From Balanoglossus misakiensis (taxonomy: Eukaryota > Animalia > Hemichordata): DNA of 64,000 bases. Location of the stretch: positions 8,559,129 to 8,623,128 of the forward strand of contig CM082576.2 of the NCBI GenBank assembly GCA_040954595.2. The letters are read 5' to 3'. Position 1 is the stretch's first letter; each line of letters opens with the position of its first letter. Below are positions 48,101 through 60,773 of the stretch, in pieces. The notes under the pieces were generated by a model. The model made no database searches. It saw only the letters and a list, made by a program, of their open reading frames with translations, and had not been told where the DNA came from. The position numbers and the translations under genes are program-made.

Positions 48101-49433
48101 CGCACCAAAAATAAATTCCACGGCTTTATTTAAGCAAAGAAAATGTTAAAAAATACAAAATATTCCCAAAGCTAATTTCACCCTTTCTAAGATCGATAAA
48201 AAAATAACAGTTCATTTCTTTCATTGGGCGTTTCCGAGATAAAACTCAACCCAAGCATTATAAGCTTATACGTAAATGTTCAGACTGAAACCCGTTTCAA
48301 TTTTATTGTTAAAAGGATTTCGAAATCCGCCGAGGGTGCGCCACGTTTTGACGTTTGAGCCTTTCGGGGTTAATATGTAACGTTAATATTGACACTAGAC
48401 CCCTTTTTGTCTACACACGCTGATAGGTAGCTTGTGTGACGTTTACCTGAGACCATTAATCAGCTGCAGCCAGTGACGTGAGTGTGGGATTCGGTTCCCC
48501 CATTCATGCCAAATCCGTTCGTTTCGGCGCCCTAGACGAGCTTCCTGTTACGGGTGGGAGTGAGGAAAAGAGTTACTGTCAAGACAGCCTGGTTGCTGAA
48601 GTCGGAGCGCTCTGGATTGGGTAACGCAGAGATAGACACAGCTATATACCTGAGCAAGAAGAAGAAGAAGCTGGAGGAAGAACACGGAGGACGTTTTAAG
48701 TGCAATAAAAAAACAGGTAAGGCTGTGGATTTCTTTAGCTGTCCAAGTTTTGCATTATTTATACAATTTGTCGCATTCATTATGTATCAAGCTTATGAGT
48801 AGACCCGTGTAACAGACGGCGCTACGCCGAGAGCGTAACTCGAAGCGATCGGGAGGGTTGGCTAAGTGCAACAAAAAAGCAGGTAAAAACGTGGCTTGTT
48901 CGCGGGCTCATCACCGACCGACGAATTACAGCTTACCGTACTGCCAAGCCAAGCCTGCGATCGGACCCGCGAGGCAGCCGGGTGCTTCTACGGCTTCTTC
49001 ATCGGTCTGTATACTTGTTGGGCACGTACAGCGTCGTAGGCAGGCGCGATACGATGCGATGAGATACAGGCATGTTGACATGCCTTTTTTGTCAAATGGC
49101 GGGGCCATTCATTATCCGTGTTTATCGTACGACATCGCTGTTATTCCTTTGAATCCGAATGACATACACGACTTCTAACGAACATTAACAAGTAGGGATT
49201 TATTGTTAAGCAGCTTGCAACCTGGTTCCGTATTTTTTTAAATCTTTGGAATCAAACCCAGTTTCTTCTTCATCCCCAGTAAGTTACACCTTTATTGCTT
49301 TAAGGCTATTCTCACAGCAAAGCATGTATTCTCTAAGCATATAGTATTCGACCATGCACGATGTCAAACATTCAAATACATGTACACACATGCCTGCACG
49401 TACACTTACGTACGCGCACACATACGTAGCGCG

Positions 49434-49508
49434 CATACATACATACATACATACATACATACATACATACATACATACATACATACATACATACATACAT
49501 ACATACAT

Positions 49509-49551
<43 letters not shown>
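49434..49551. repeat. Compound microsatellite (CATA)n(CAGA)n
   Basis: About 19 CATA units followed directly by about 10 CAGA units. Confidence 0.95.
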
Positions 49552-52500
49552 CTACCACACCACCCACACACCCACCCGCACAAACACCCACCCACCCCAC
49601 CCCCACAGAGTGAGAGAGAAAATCGGTGACCTTGGATTTGTCATCACTAAGTGCATTCTTTGGTACGACAGTGTACTAAAACAATTTCACGGCGAAATTA
49701 ACCGTTTAACTACGTGAGGGACTGTGGCCCAACCTTATCCCTTCGCGAGCGCGGTGTCAAGTGGTTTCAGAGGGCGGTCATGTTCGGGCACGTGCTAAAT
49801 AAAACCTGAGATGTTCCTCGTGTATTTATCTGTTGTTTTATAGTCACTCCTTGCCGGGTCACTCCCTATGGCAATGTTAGGACAAATGGGCCGCTATCAA
49901 CTTTAATTCCCAGAAAAGTAATTTTATTCTGCCCGGTGATGACTCTGCCCGCATAAGTGGGTCGTGTTACGGGCCAGTGGTGAGTGTGCATCTAATTTGT
50001 CGACCGGTGAATCCTATCATTCATTTATCTGCTGGATAATCATTCTCAAATAAATTTTGAGAGTGCCACCGTTATCCTCCCAAGGCGGCGCGGGGGGGGG
50101 GGGGCAAACAGAAGACAAATGATGCAACCACTGTGTACACTTACAAATGCAGTTGTTCCAGCGAATGTATTTGAATGCTGTGTCTTCACGAGCGGGGCGA
50201 CAGCAGTGATCTGGCGACCGACTATTCGACGCGTTATGCATCAGCGTAGCGACGCGAATGACTGGTCTTCTTGTGTAATTATATCACAGTTACAACTTTT
50301 TTTTTCTGTAAATGTTCTGTGCGCACGACGTTTTCACCTCGTTAAATTTTACTAAGTCTGCCTTTCGACTTGGATATGGGAGTTAACGCGTCCGTGTGAT
50401 TTGGTGACATAAGTATTATGGCATTTCAACACACGTGGAATGTTTGCATTTATTGTAGTACTTGTGAATGGATAAGGTCTCAGGTAGTGAGTGCACAGGT
50501 AAAACAGGCTTAAAAGAAATCCTTTCTATTTTACATGCGGATGCTGCATGACTTACGTATTACCGTTACATGCACCGGTTGGTACACACTGTCTCGGCCC
50601 TTTCTTAAGTTACAGCTCGGTGACCTCTCCCGCCAAATTATGACGTGACAAGGCACACGTAAGCGCAGCGACAGCTGAGAAGGGAAAAGAGGCACGTTCG
50701 CTTTTTAACGTCAAATTTCCCTCGTATAGTCTGCCACCAGATATCGCGTTACCCGTGGTCATCTCAGCTGGCATTTTCCCAGAACTCAGTCAATGTGCGC
50801 TGCTTGCAATGCCACTGACTCCACACGCCGTCAGTATTCAGTGCACGGTTGCTGTGTTGCCATGGCTACAATTTTGTGTTTACTTTTACCCGCCCCTGAA
50901 GGTTCATGAATCACTAATCAGCTGGATGGCCGGAAAATCTGAAGCTTTGATGAACTATATAACTTGTGTGTGTACAGATTCCATATTTCAAAATGTATCC
51001 AGCTTCATGCAGATGGCGTTGCCTCTTTATAGTCTATAGCACTTTCATCTTTGAACTGGTATTGACCTACTGAAGTTTCGTTCGCGCTGTCTGTATTTTT
51101 CCACGTCCCCCTTAAATCTACACACGTATCGGTATTTCATCCAAGTTTTAATGGAATTTCTTGATAATAACCATGTGTTAATTTAGTTTTTACTTTCTTT
51201 TAGTTTATTTCTCTTTGATGGTAATGTGACGATGGGTGCATGATGGTGATCAGGATGGTTGTAACTGAAAATAGGCAAAATGCATAAAAATAGCCGCGAC
51301 TACCACCACCATCATCACCACCACACCACCACCATCGTCATCTCAGGCACGGGCTAACTCATTCAATCAGGAATAAAGCTTTGCAAAATTGATGATGAAA
51401 CTTCGATGAACTGATCAGAAAACGGGGTCACTGTATAACGATCTCTAAATAAGCATGCACACACGCTGTCAGCCACACGCACCTCTCCTTTCTAGAACTA
51501 GGCTGGAGTTCATTGGAACATGGGGGTTGATCGCATCCTTGACAAAAAAATAGAACGTGTCAAAGTTCCTCCGATGATTATACATGATAAATGGCGGCAT
51601 ATCGTCATCCATAAAACGCGAACTGAGGCCTTCCGGAACCGTGGGGCTGACCCAGGTGCGTCAATGTTTCGTCACAGGGACCGCATGCTGCAGAACGACC
51701 TGTAAGAAGTCACTATATGTCTTCGGAGTGTTGAGTTTGATAAAAAATTATTATGAATGGCAGAGCGCGCGTAGGCACGCGTAGCGATGACACAACAGCT
51801 GGCTTCCAGTGCGCATACGTCATGTACGTGTTCTTGTGAGAGTGGCGCGGCGTTTATCTGTACTTTCTTTGAACTATAATCACATCTGTCATTTTCATAC
51901 ATCGCCCTTTTGACAAATTCATTGTCGACACAGAGGAAGTACGACCGTTATTCGATCCTGCGCAAGTGTTACGAGAGAAAGCAACGGATTCATTAAACAG
52001 TAGGGAGGGGTGCGCGTGCGTGCGCGTGCACGCATGTGCGCGTGACGCACTGAAGTGCTGCTCTTTATGTGTGTGTGCTGACATAACAGGGTAACTTTTA
52101 CGTGTCCGCCTTCGCGTCGTAAGTTGAATGACACAGCAACGTGTGAAACGAATACACCCTGAACGATATTAACGCGGGAAGCCTGAGACTTTGTGCCTTA
52201 AGATAACATAAAAACAAGATGGAGGCGGAAAACGAGATATAGATGTCTTTAATCATGTGCTCCCGTCGATGATTAAATTCTCCCAGCCAAGTCTCGGCTC
52301 TAAGTATTGTTGGAAAATTTATTCCGAACGAAGGATGTAGTGCAAGGTACTGCAGAGAATACAATGTACTTTGACCTTCTGCAGTTGCAGGCAGTCGCAG
52401 TCCTACCCAAAAGTAAACGTTAAAACTCAACCCCTTGAAACGGTTGTAAATTTACTGACGTCGCGAGAAGTCTATCTGATACTGCAGTATAAATCTCACA

Positions 52501-55500
52501 TGATTCCAAAATTAAATACAGTCAGTGACTAAAACTACGCATATGCGATATACATAAAGGAGATAGGTCGAATCCATGAAAAACATTCATCTCTGAATGG
52601 GTCGAAAGACGGACGAAAAAGACATGGACGTGCTTTAAAGGCCCTGTAGTATTGAAGGTTTTACACCAGTACATGTAAATAAGGATTTATAGATAGACAT
52701 TACATGTAAACTGAGTTGAAACAGGCCCGGATCTTACATACATTGTATTGACTTACAAGCTTGACAGTACTACTTTAAAAATGTGTTCAATGAGATATCT
52801 CCATTATTGATCAGATCTGTCACGGTGAAAATGTAATGCAGGCTGTATGACTTTTGACCCTTATTAATATTGAGCAACTGCTTTTAAATACTAGTACCCA
52901 AATATTGGCGAGATCAATGAGCATTCACGTTTGTCATGAGAAACCTGGGACCAAATGAATTAATTTCACGCATCCGATACACTCCAAACATTTCTCTTTT
53001 CACATCTCTTAGGTAATACATTTATCTTCCTCGTCCTTCTCGTGACCGCACATGAATAACAAATATTTAGAGCAGGATGAAACCTATGAACAAATGGAAA
53101 TTTCCTGTAAATATAGCTTGTATCGTGTTTGTACTCCCAAATCGCTCCGGCAACAGGTTTGAACGATGACTGTCGCCAGCCTAATAACAAAATATACGCC
53201 ATCAATTCCGAAAGAATTTCGGTCGTCAAGCAAGGGAACTGCACTTTATGTTGCTATGGAAACGGGGTTGCGATTTTAGGTGATGCTGCGACTTGTTCAC
53301 TCCATTGGCAAAATACACCTGGAGTGTGTCCAGGAAGAGAGAACACGGGCCCGAATTCAGATTTTTTTCCCTACAAGCGGCGACATCGATGTCCCTCGGG
53401 TTTTAATTCTAGGCACACGTTCTCTTGTGTCTTTTATCGCTAAGTGGAGAATAAAACTGCAGGCACTAATGCCCGTTGATAATAAAACAAAACGTTTTAG
53501 CAAATAGGCAAGGTTGCCTTCCTCTAATTGTGTCAGAGGTCAAAGTAAATGGGGAGAGGTTATTAAATGTGAATGACTTTATAGCGACGCTGTGGTCGAT
53601 GCGACTGCGCTGTGCACCCTTCTACAGCTAGTCGTCTGTCACGTCCGATGATGAGGTGTAAAGCACCTATTGGCGACAGTGTGCATAACGTGTTGAGTGT
53701 CAGCCATGTACTTGAAAGTGAAAAGACGGTGTTCAGCGTGTGAAGCGTGGGTTATCTTATTCATTTTTAAAAACTTAGCATGATCTTGTCGGCTTTTCGT
53801 TTTTCAAGAACAGGATGCATTTCCGTTGACCTTTGAAGCGACGCTGTGCATGCAAGTGACTGGCTTTTGACAGTTACTTGGTTCATTGGAGGACTGAAGT
53901 AGAGCTATTTTAGTAGAACTATATCTGTCATTCAAGGCAGTGGCTGTAGCCTGTTTAACGCTCCGAGGAGAAAATTTGACTCGTTGATTTTTTGGTCTTG
54001 ACCACGAAAGCCTTCGGTGACATCACAAAAACTCCCATGCCAGGGTAGATTTGAAGCACTTTCATTATACTCCCGAGTCTTTTGTTTCGTGATATCGCCT
54101 CCCTGGTAAGTCTTAACCCAAACTTGCACTAAAATGAAAGAAAACAAAACTTAAAGGCGTAAAATTAAAATCGAAACGAGACGAAAAATGGGATAAACAG
54201 CATGGGTCACGGTCGCCTCGGCGCAGGTGTCGCATCGGGTTGTGCACACGACCGTGATAAACTTCATAACAGTTGTTGAACACGGGTGGCATTTATTAAG
54301 CTTCTCAGGAGAGAGCAAGTTTTCCATGAGATCATCATGTGTGTGTGTACACGCAAATGCCCGCTTCAGCGTAGAAATGTGAATGGGGAGTCCTATGGCA
54401 ACGTAAACGCTCACCTGTGTCATGTGCGTGTGGGGATTATGAATAATGCCATAAGCATCGACTAACGCACAAATGGGCTCTGTTCGGTCGTTATCGGGAT
54501 CTCGCGGAGCTAACATTGATGCACAGCGGCAAATTAGCTTTAAGTATCCGCCATATTTCTCTCGTAGAAAGCATTGGCCAAGGGCGTATCAAATATTAAT
54601 ATTTTAATAAGAGCCAGCGAGAGAGGGAGACACAGCAACAAATGAAGATAGCTGTCTACCCCGAGGTGCGTTGCTGCCGCGGGAGAGCAAATAATAATTT
54701 CATGGGTAAAACGGACAAAGTTACTCTTGTGGGCTGAGCTGAGCTGAGAGCACAGTCGACACTCCAAATAGCGCGGGGAGTTAGGGTCTAATTAGCGTTA
54801 GAGCTCATCAATTGACACACGCCCGGGTTGAAATGTGCCCCGTTGGAAGCTAAATGCCAAGAATTCCTACTCCGCGCAGAGCTATTTTAAACTTTCTAGA
54901 TCGTTAGGACTGAAACTATTGAAAACGAAAAAATATATCGCAGGTAGGAACTTGCTTTTATTGGGCTTTCGCCGTATCGCTTTATTCTGTGTATTGCACT
55001 CGCATCGCACAATGTAAAACTCGGTCGTCGTCTGGGGGTTAAAGCGAAGGCAGCGTTTAATTGCGCAACTGCTTTGAGCATGCCATACTTATTACCGTGC
55101 ATTTACCGAACACGCACACCTCCCGCCCGAGGCGCATCAAACATCTCGCGTCACGACAGAAAAAAAACGACTAATATGTTGTCATGGAGAGGGAGATATC
55201 AAAGAAATTTCTCAAACAGAGGCATGAAAGACGCTCTCGTGAACGCGGCGCTGGGCTTCACCAGTGCGCCACCCGGGAGGCAGGGGGAGTCATCTATGAG
55301 CAGTTGACTTTTTAGTTGAGTTCATAACTGCGACGGCAGATGGACAGCTTGCTCTAATTGAAACGCGTCTGATACAAGCATGGACGCGTATATACTCTCT
55401 CACAGGCCACGGTTCGCTACAACAAGGCTTGAGAGTCTAGGACGCGTAGTCATCGTAAAATTCCAGAGGAAAGCAGATTGTTTTTGTTCTTTCGGGCATG

Positions 55501-56071
55501 CGCATTTTCTTCCCCTCTTTATTTGTTGGGGAGGGGGGGGGGGTACTTAGGGTACGTGGATCGATACTGCTGAATTTCCCCTGTGAGAGTAGTGCGATGC
55601 ATGGAAGGACGCCCACGCATATATAGCCTTTCAACTTTGTGGCATAATTTCCCATTTACTTGTTCATGGCGATAACTCGAAGAGCACTTCACCGTTAATT
55701 TGCCTTCTCACTGTCATTCATACTAAGCATTTCGTTTCAAAAAAGGAGTGTGCACGCATCAGTTATCCCCAAGTATTTCTGTTCTGTCGCATCTGCTGAA
55801 GATAGAAATGACCCACGTGCACATTGTGTCGAAATTAGGCGATAATTACAGGCTTGTCCATTAAAGGACAGGCTTTGTACAACCCCCAATTAATGAAAAT
55901 CACATTATCGTTCATATTGCAGGCAATACTCAACACAATTGGTTTCTTGTGGTTCAATATTAGATCCTAAGAATTTAAACCAAGTTAGGGGACTCGAGCG
56001 CAGTGAGTCAATGGAATATTAATTGACTTGGGGAGTCAATCCCCGATTACGTCTGCCTGCATGTGATTCCC

Positions 56072-57287
56072 CAATCTGATTAAAATCAGATGTAGGGAAC
56101 GGCGACTTGGTTTTTTTATGTTGTCGCCTCACACTACATCTGACCAACTACAACTGGAGATCTCGCTGAACTCCGCGAGAATTACTGGGATTCTAATCCA
56201 ATCAGAAGGCGCCTTATAGCAAATGATAGGCAACCCACAATCACATGACCTGGCCCCTTGCGGTTGTTACCATGGAGCTACCACAGACATAAATCCCGGG
56301 CGCGAGAGTCGAATCAGCGTGGGGAATGGTTTCGAGCCAGTTCAGCGTGACGACTGAACCTCTACATTCCACCGGTCAACGAAATGTATAAGACGTGGCA
56401 ACATGTCGCAGTAAAATTGTTAGAGAATCGATTACATTTGTGTAAGGCCGTCCCAGGGAGAGATTCTGTCGCCGCGATCGTTTGTTTACACGAGAGTGCA
56501 CTGACTTGACTAGCTCTGCGTGCAGGTCTGTGTGTTCCCGGCGTTACACGGACGTTAGAAGAAGTTAATCGCATCATATTTGGGGTCGGTTGAAGTAGAC
56601 AGGGAAAGGATTTTGCTTCGATAAAATCGAATTTCGACAGAAAAAGCTGCGGTCGGGCGTCTGGGTCCGGACCGCAGACGCAACAGTTTTGTCTATGGGG
56701 CCTTATGCAGGGCTGTGGTGCGTCGGGAACACACAGACCTGAAGGCGGAGCTATGACTTGACATTTCTTAGCCGAAGTTAGCGTTCTTTTTATAAATCTG
56801 TCACATAAATTGTTTTGGGATACTTGGCAGTGAAATTTGGTTTATTTTTTATAAACTTTTACATGAAGTACGTCATTTTCCGACTGGCAGCATGACTACG
56901 AGGGCGAACATGACTTGTTAGGAGAGTTTATAAATGATCAACGACAGTTTATCATTTGTATATGGCTACAGCTCGACGTTTCCACTGCTCTGCGAAAACC
57001 ACTCGAATACGATGACGCCAAACAATAAAAGGTACCATGGGATTACATGTAAATTGTTCACAAGAGAAAGCCAATCTTTCGTATTCTGTGCGATACTCGA
57101 AGTCAACAACAACATTTCTCCCATCTCCCAGTGCAATTCTTTAGTCGGCATAACACGCAATCTGATTGGCCGGGTCGGAACGCGAGAGTTCAGCGAGATC
57201 TCCAGTTGTAGTTGGTCAGATGTAGTGTGAGGCGACAGCATAAAAAAACCACGTCGCCGTTCCCTACATCTGATTTTAATCAGATTG
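56072..57287. mobile_element. Non-autonomous DNA transposon, Mutator/MULE-like (1216 bp)
   Basis: TIRs of about 102 bp (56072-56173; 57186-57287) with two mismatches. Perfect 9-bp TSD GTGATTCCC (56063-56071, 57288-57296). No transposase ORF. Confidence 0.9.
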
Positions 57288-60200
57288 GTGATTCCCGTGG
57301 AAAATTTCCACACAAACATCGAGTGGTAGTAGACGCAGTCTATATTCAAGACTTCTACTACACGCGTGTGAGGTTTAAACAATCACTTTGCACGATAATC
57401 TCATTGGCCGGAGGAGGGGGGGGGGGGACTTTCCGCTGCGACGGGAATATCCTATAAAAACACGCGTATCGTAATGTCCGTTGCATACACCCATTGGCAG
57501 TGTTCTCAGAGGCGAACATAATCCCAAAGAATTATCGAACGACCTTTTATCAACGTCTCTCAGCTTTGTCACGTCCACTGTAGATCAATTTTAGCTCTAA
57601 TGACGGTAATAGAAGTATGACTTCGCCATTATGTAAATTAATATACAGACTCTAATGCGAGCCGAGGATCAGCCGTCCTGCTATTTTCAATGGGCGTCTC
57701 TTTTGTCCGCGAAAGTCCGGAAAAGAAAAGCTTTGAGACTAATGATGTTCTGACATTTTCCGAGCGAGAGAAGGAACCCTACCAGTAAAAATGTAAGACG
57801 CAGTCGAGGACGACCGGAAGCGACTTTTTGATTAGCTTTCTCTTAGCTATACCAGCGCCACCGCGTCAACAGCTGTAGAGAGGCTTTTAACTCATTGTCG
57901 CTGATCCCCGGCCACATATACATGCGTATACTTCTCACCGCTGAAAGGGATATTTACATTCATGGCAAATGCCAATGCTCTTTTCTCATTTTTTTCATTT
58001 CAAACAAGGAAAGAACGATAAATGATTCCGAAAGCACGATATTTTTGCGCGCGGTTGATGAGAAACTGATGGCATTCTCGGGCGGCTCGTCGGTCTCAAT
58101 GATGACGAAACGCAAACCGCATTAGGGCCTATCTCTCGAAAATAACCTCGATCGTGGCGCCGAGACGAAACGAAATCGAAATCCTGCCCCCGAGTTTGTA
58201 TTTTACGTCTACCGTGAAGACAAAAGTGCGCTAGAAATGAAAACAACAAAAAATATGAAGAAGTTCATTGAATGATTTCTTGCTGTTGTGCGGGCTACAC
58301 CTGACAGGTGGGAAAAGGGTACATTGCCTTTACGGGAAAGCGGGCACCAGGACACGGTCAAGATCGATGTACAGGGGAAAACATACTTTATCGACGCACC
58401 TCGCTGATGCGAAAACAGTGGAGCTAGACACCGCAGCGACGGTGAAACTATGATGCGTTTGCTCACAAGTCTCACTTCTTCGAAATCCACTGGATGCGAT
58501 GGGATTGGGAAATCTTTCCCCCGCCCAACTAGCTTTCGTGGCCGCCCCAGCCCCCTGTCTCTCGTAAAAATCAATAGATCGAGGACTGAAAACGTTTTAC
58601 CCCCCCCCCCCCCACTATTTAAAAGGGTGTTACCCTACGGCGCGTTATTATATGACCCGAGCCCAATGCATAACCATTTCCCCGCATGAGTAATGCTATG
58701 TGATATACAACGCATTGCGGAATAAAGGTTTACACAAGTTATACTCACAGTGTCTAATATATTATGACATATATGCCCACATAAAAGAAACGGTCGATTT
58801 TTGATCTCGCTCGAGTCTAGTTTCAGGTTTGATTTATCGTTGTCGGGGAAATTGATCATGGTCTTCCTGGTAGGCACAGTTTAATAATTCAGTTAGAAAT
58901 TTACACAAAACCAAATGAAGCTCTCCCCGTGGACCACCGTCTCTTTCGTGTGTGTGTGTGTGTGTAGCGTAGCGTCCACACTCCTGGCGACAGACGATTG
59001 ATGAAAGCTCAAAGTGACTGTGCGTTACAGTGACCAATTAATGGCCGCAGCCCACTCCTTACGGCGAAACGAGCTAATCGGGATGTTAATTCCTATGGTA
59101 AATTTTCATGTCGTTTTCCGCGCGATAAATCGCGATGAGTGGAGTCATGATTTCGCGCTTAAGCCGCGGTGAATGGCGGAGCGAGCGAGCTGGGGGAGCT
59201 ATTTACAATCGCCGGGCGGACGGCCACAGCGGCAAATGGGGTCATCACGAACGCACGAGGATGATCTCTTTAACACATAATATACTGAGACCGAAGCTTT
59301 GCTCCGATGGAAATCAAGTTCAGCGTACACCGGGGAGTTTAAGGAGACCTATTTGTTATAGACGTTGACAGTTGTAGATTCAGATTCAGATATATATAGA
59401 GACACGGGGCGGATAGTGTCTGGGCGGTGACCTTACACTTTCTGTGTACATGTACATACATGTACTACAGTCTTACTACTACATGTATACTACTGAAGTG
59501 TCTGTGCGCCCATTGTTGGATACGCCGTCTCAGAACCAACTTGAAGGAAGTTGTCGCATCTCCGAAAACAATTAGCCTCTTCCTTTTTGTCTTAGACAAT
59601 GTCTGAATTAGACAATATGAAATCTATACATAAAATCTTCAATGTTGTCTGTTTGGTCGCTGATAAGCTTACCTTGTAAAAACTCCCACATTCAAGGGAA
59701 AAATAAAGAAGAATCTCGGATTTTGTGCTAAAATTGATCTCATTTCATGGCTGATTAAGATCAGCAGAAAACAAGCAAACCTTGGAAAGCGGACGGACAT
59801 CAGCTAGGACGACTGCCGAGATACTCGCCTAATACAATTGACTTGTGACATGGCCAACCTTTAATTAAAGATGGCACTGATAAGTTGCCTTGAGTTGTTT
59901 GTTGGATGCTTCGTTTCTCTTAATTCTGCGTCGTCGTCCGTGTTATTACTTACAGCGGGGGCTGTCAGCGTGTTGTATGTATTCCCGATAGAGCGAATCA
60001 AGCCAAATTAATCGACACGCATACAAGGATCTCAGATAGAAGGAGAGGGCGAAATGAGCCTATCGAACGCTTTCTCAATTTCACTGACGGATTAACACGA
60101 CAATATCGCTATCGTGATGGTCATAGCAGGTTAGGGTCTCCGCGGCATGCAATTACGCCGAGGCAACACTCTTTCATTGTCATTTTGCTGCAGAGCGCGC

Positions 60201-60628
60201 CGTTCTGGAAGCATTAACTCCGCACATATCTGACATTCAGAGCCCATCCAATCTACTATCGCAAAACTGTCAACAACGAGGTTAACCGTTTATAGCGACG
60301 GAGAGTAGATACATCCCCGAGGACCGCGCATTCAGTTTGCCGGCCTCTAATTACTCGCTGCATTCAGAATGCTAATAATTCCAACGTAACTGTACCGAGC
60401 GTTTGACTGCAGACGAAATTTAAGGAAAGAATCAATCAGGGAATAGCAACGGTAGTAAGAAACCCCTAAACATTCGACTAAATACGGCGAGACTTGGGAT
60501 CAGGATAATCTTTCCGTGTCCCAAAACGATCGTAGCTACTAAGCCAGACGATTCGCACAGCTTCAAAGGGATCAGATCAGATTTTGGCTCCCGTGTATTG
60601 ATATCGCTGAGACAATAATGTTGCGACT

Positions 60629-60650
60629 TGTCTGTCTGTCTGTCTGTCTG
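60629..60650. repeat. (TGTC)n microsatellite
   Basis: About five tandem TGTC units. Confidence 0.85.
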
Positions 60651-60738
60651 CCTACCTGCACATTCAGCATTTCTATCAGCTAGCTTTCCTTTTTTTCGCG
60701 TGATTGGAAGACCGAAGCTCTATTGGACCCCTTTTAGG

Positions 60739-60773
60739 AAACAAACAAACAAACAAACAAACAAACAAACAAA
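60739..60773. repeat. (AAAC)n microsatellite
   Basis: About eight tandem AAAC units. Confidence 0.9.

Noticed and set aside
49284-49629. ORFs with HTYI/CMYV/QTDR repeats
   Set aside because: Translations of the (CATA)n(CAGA)n microsatellite.
56934-57457. ORFs of 81-138 aa in or overlapping the TIR element as a possible transposase
   Set aside because: Short, no DDE or DNA-binding motifs, and two of them cross the element boundary.
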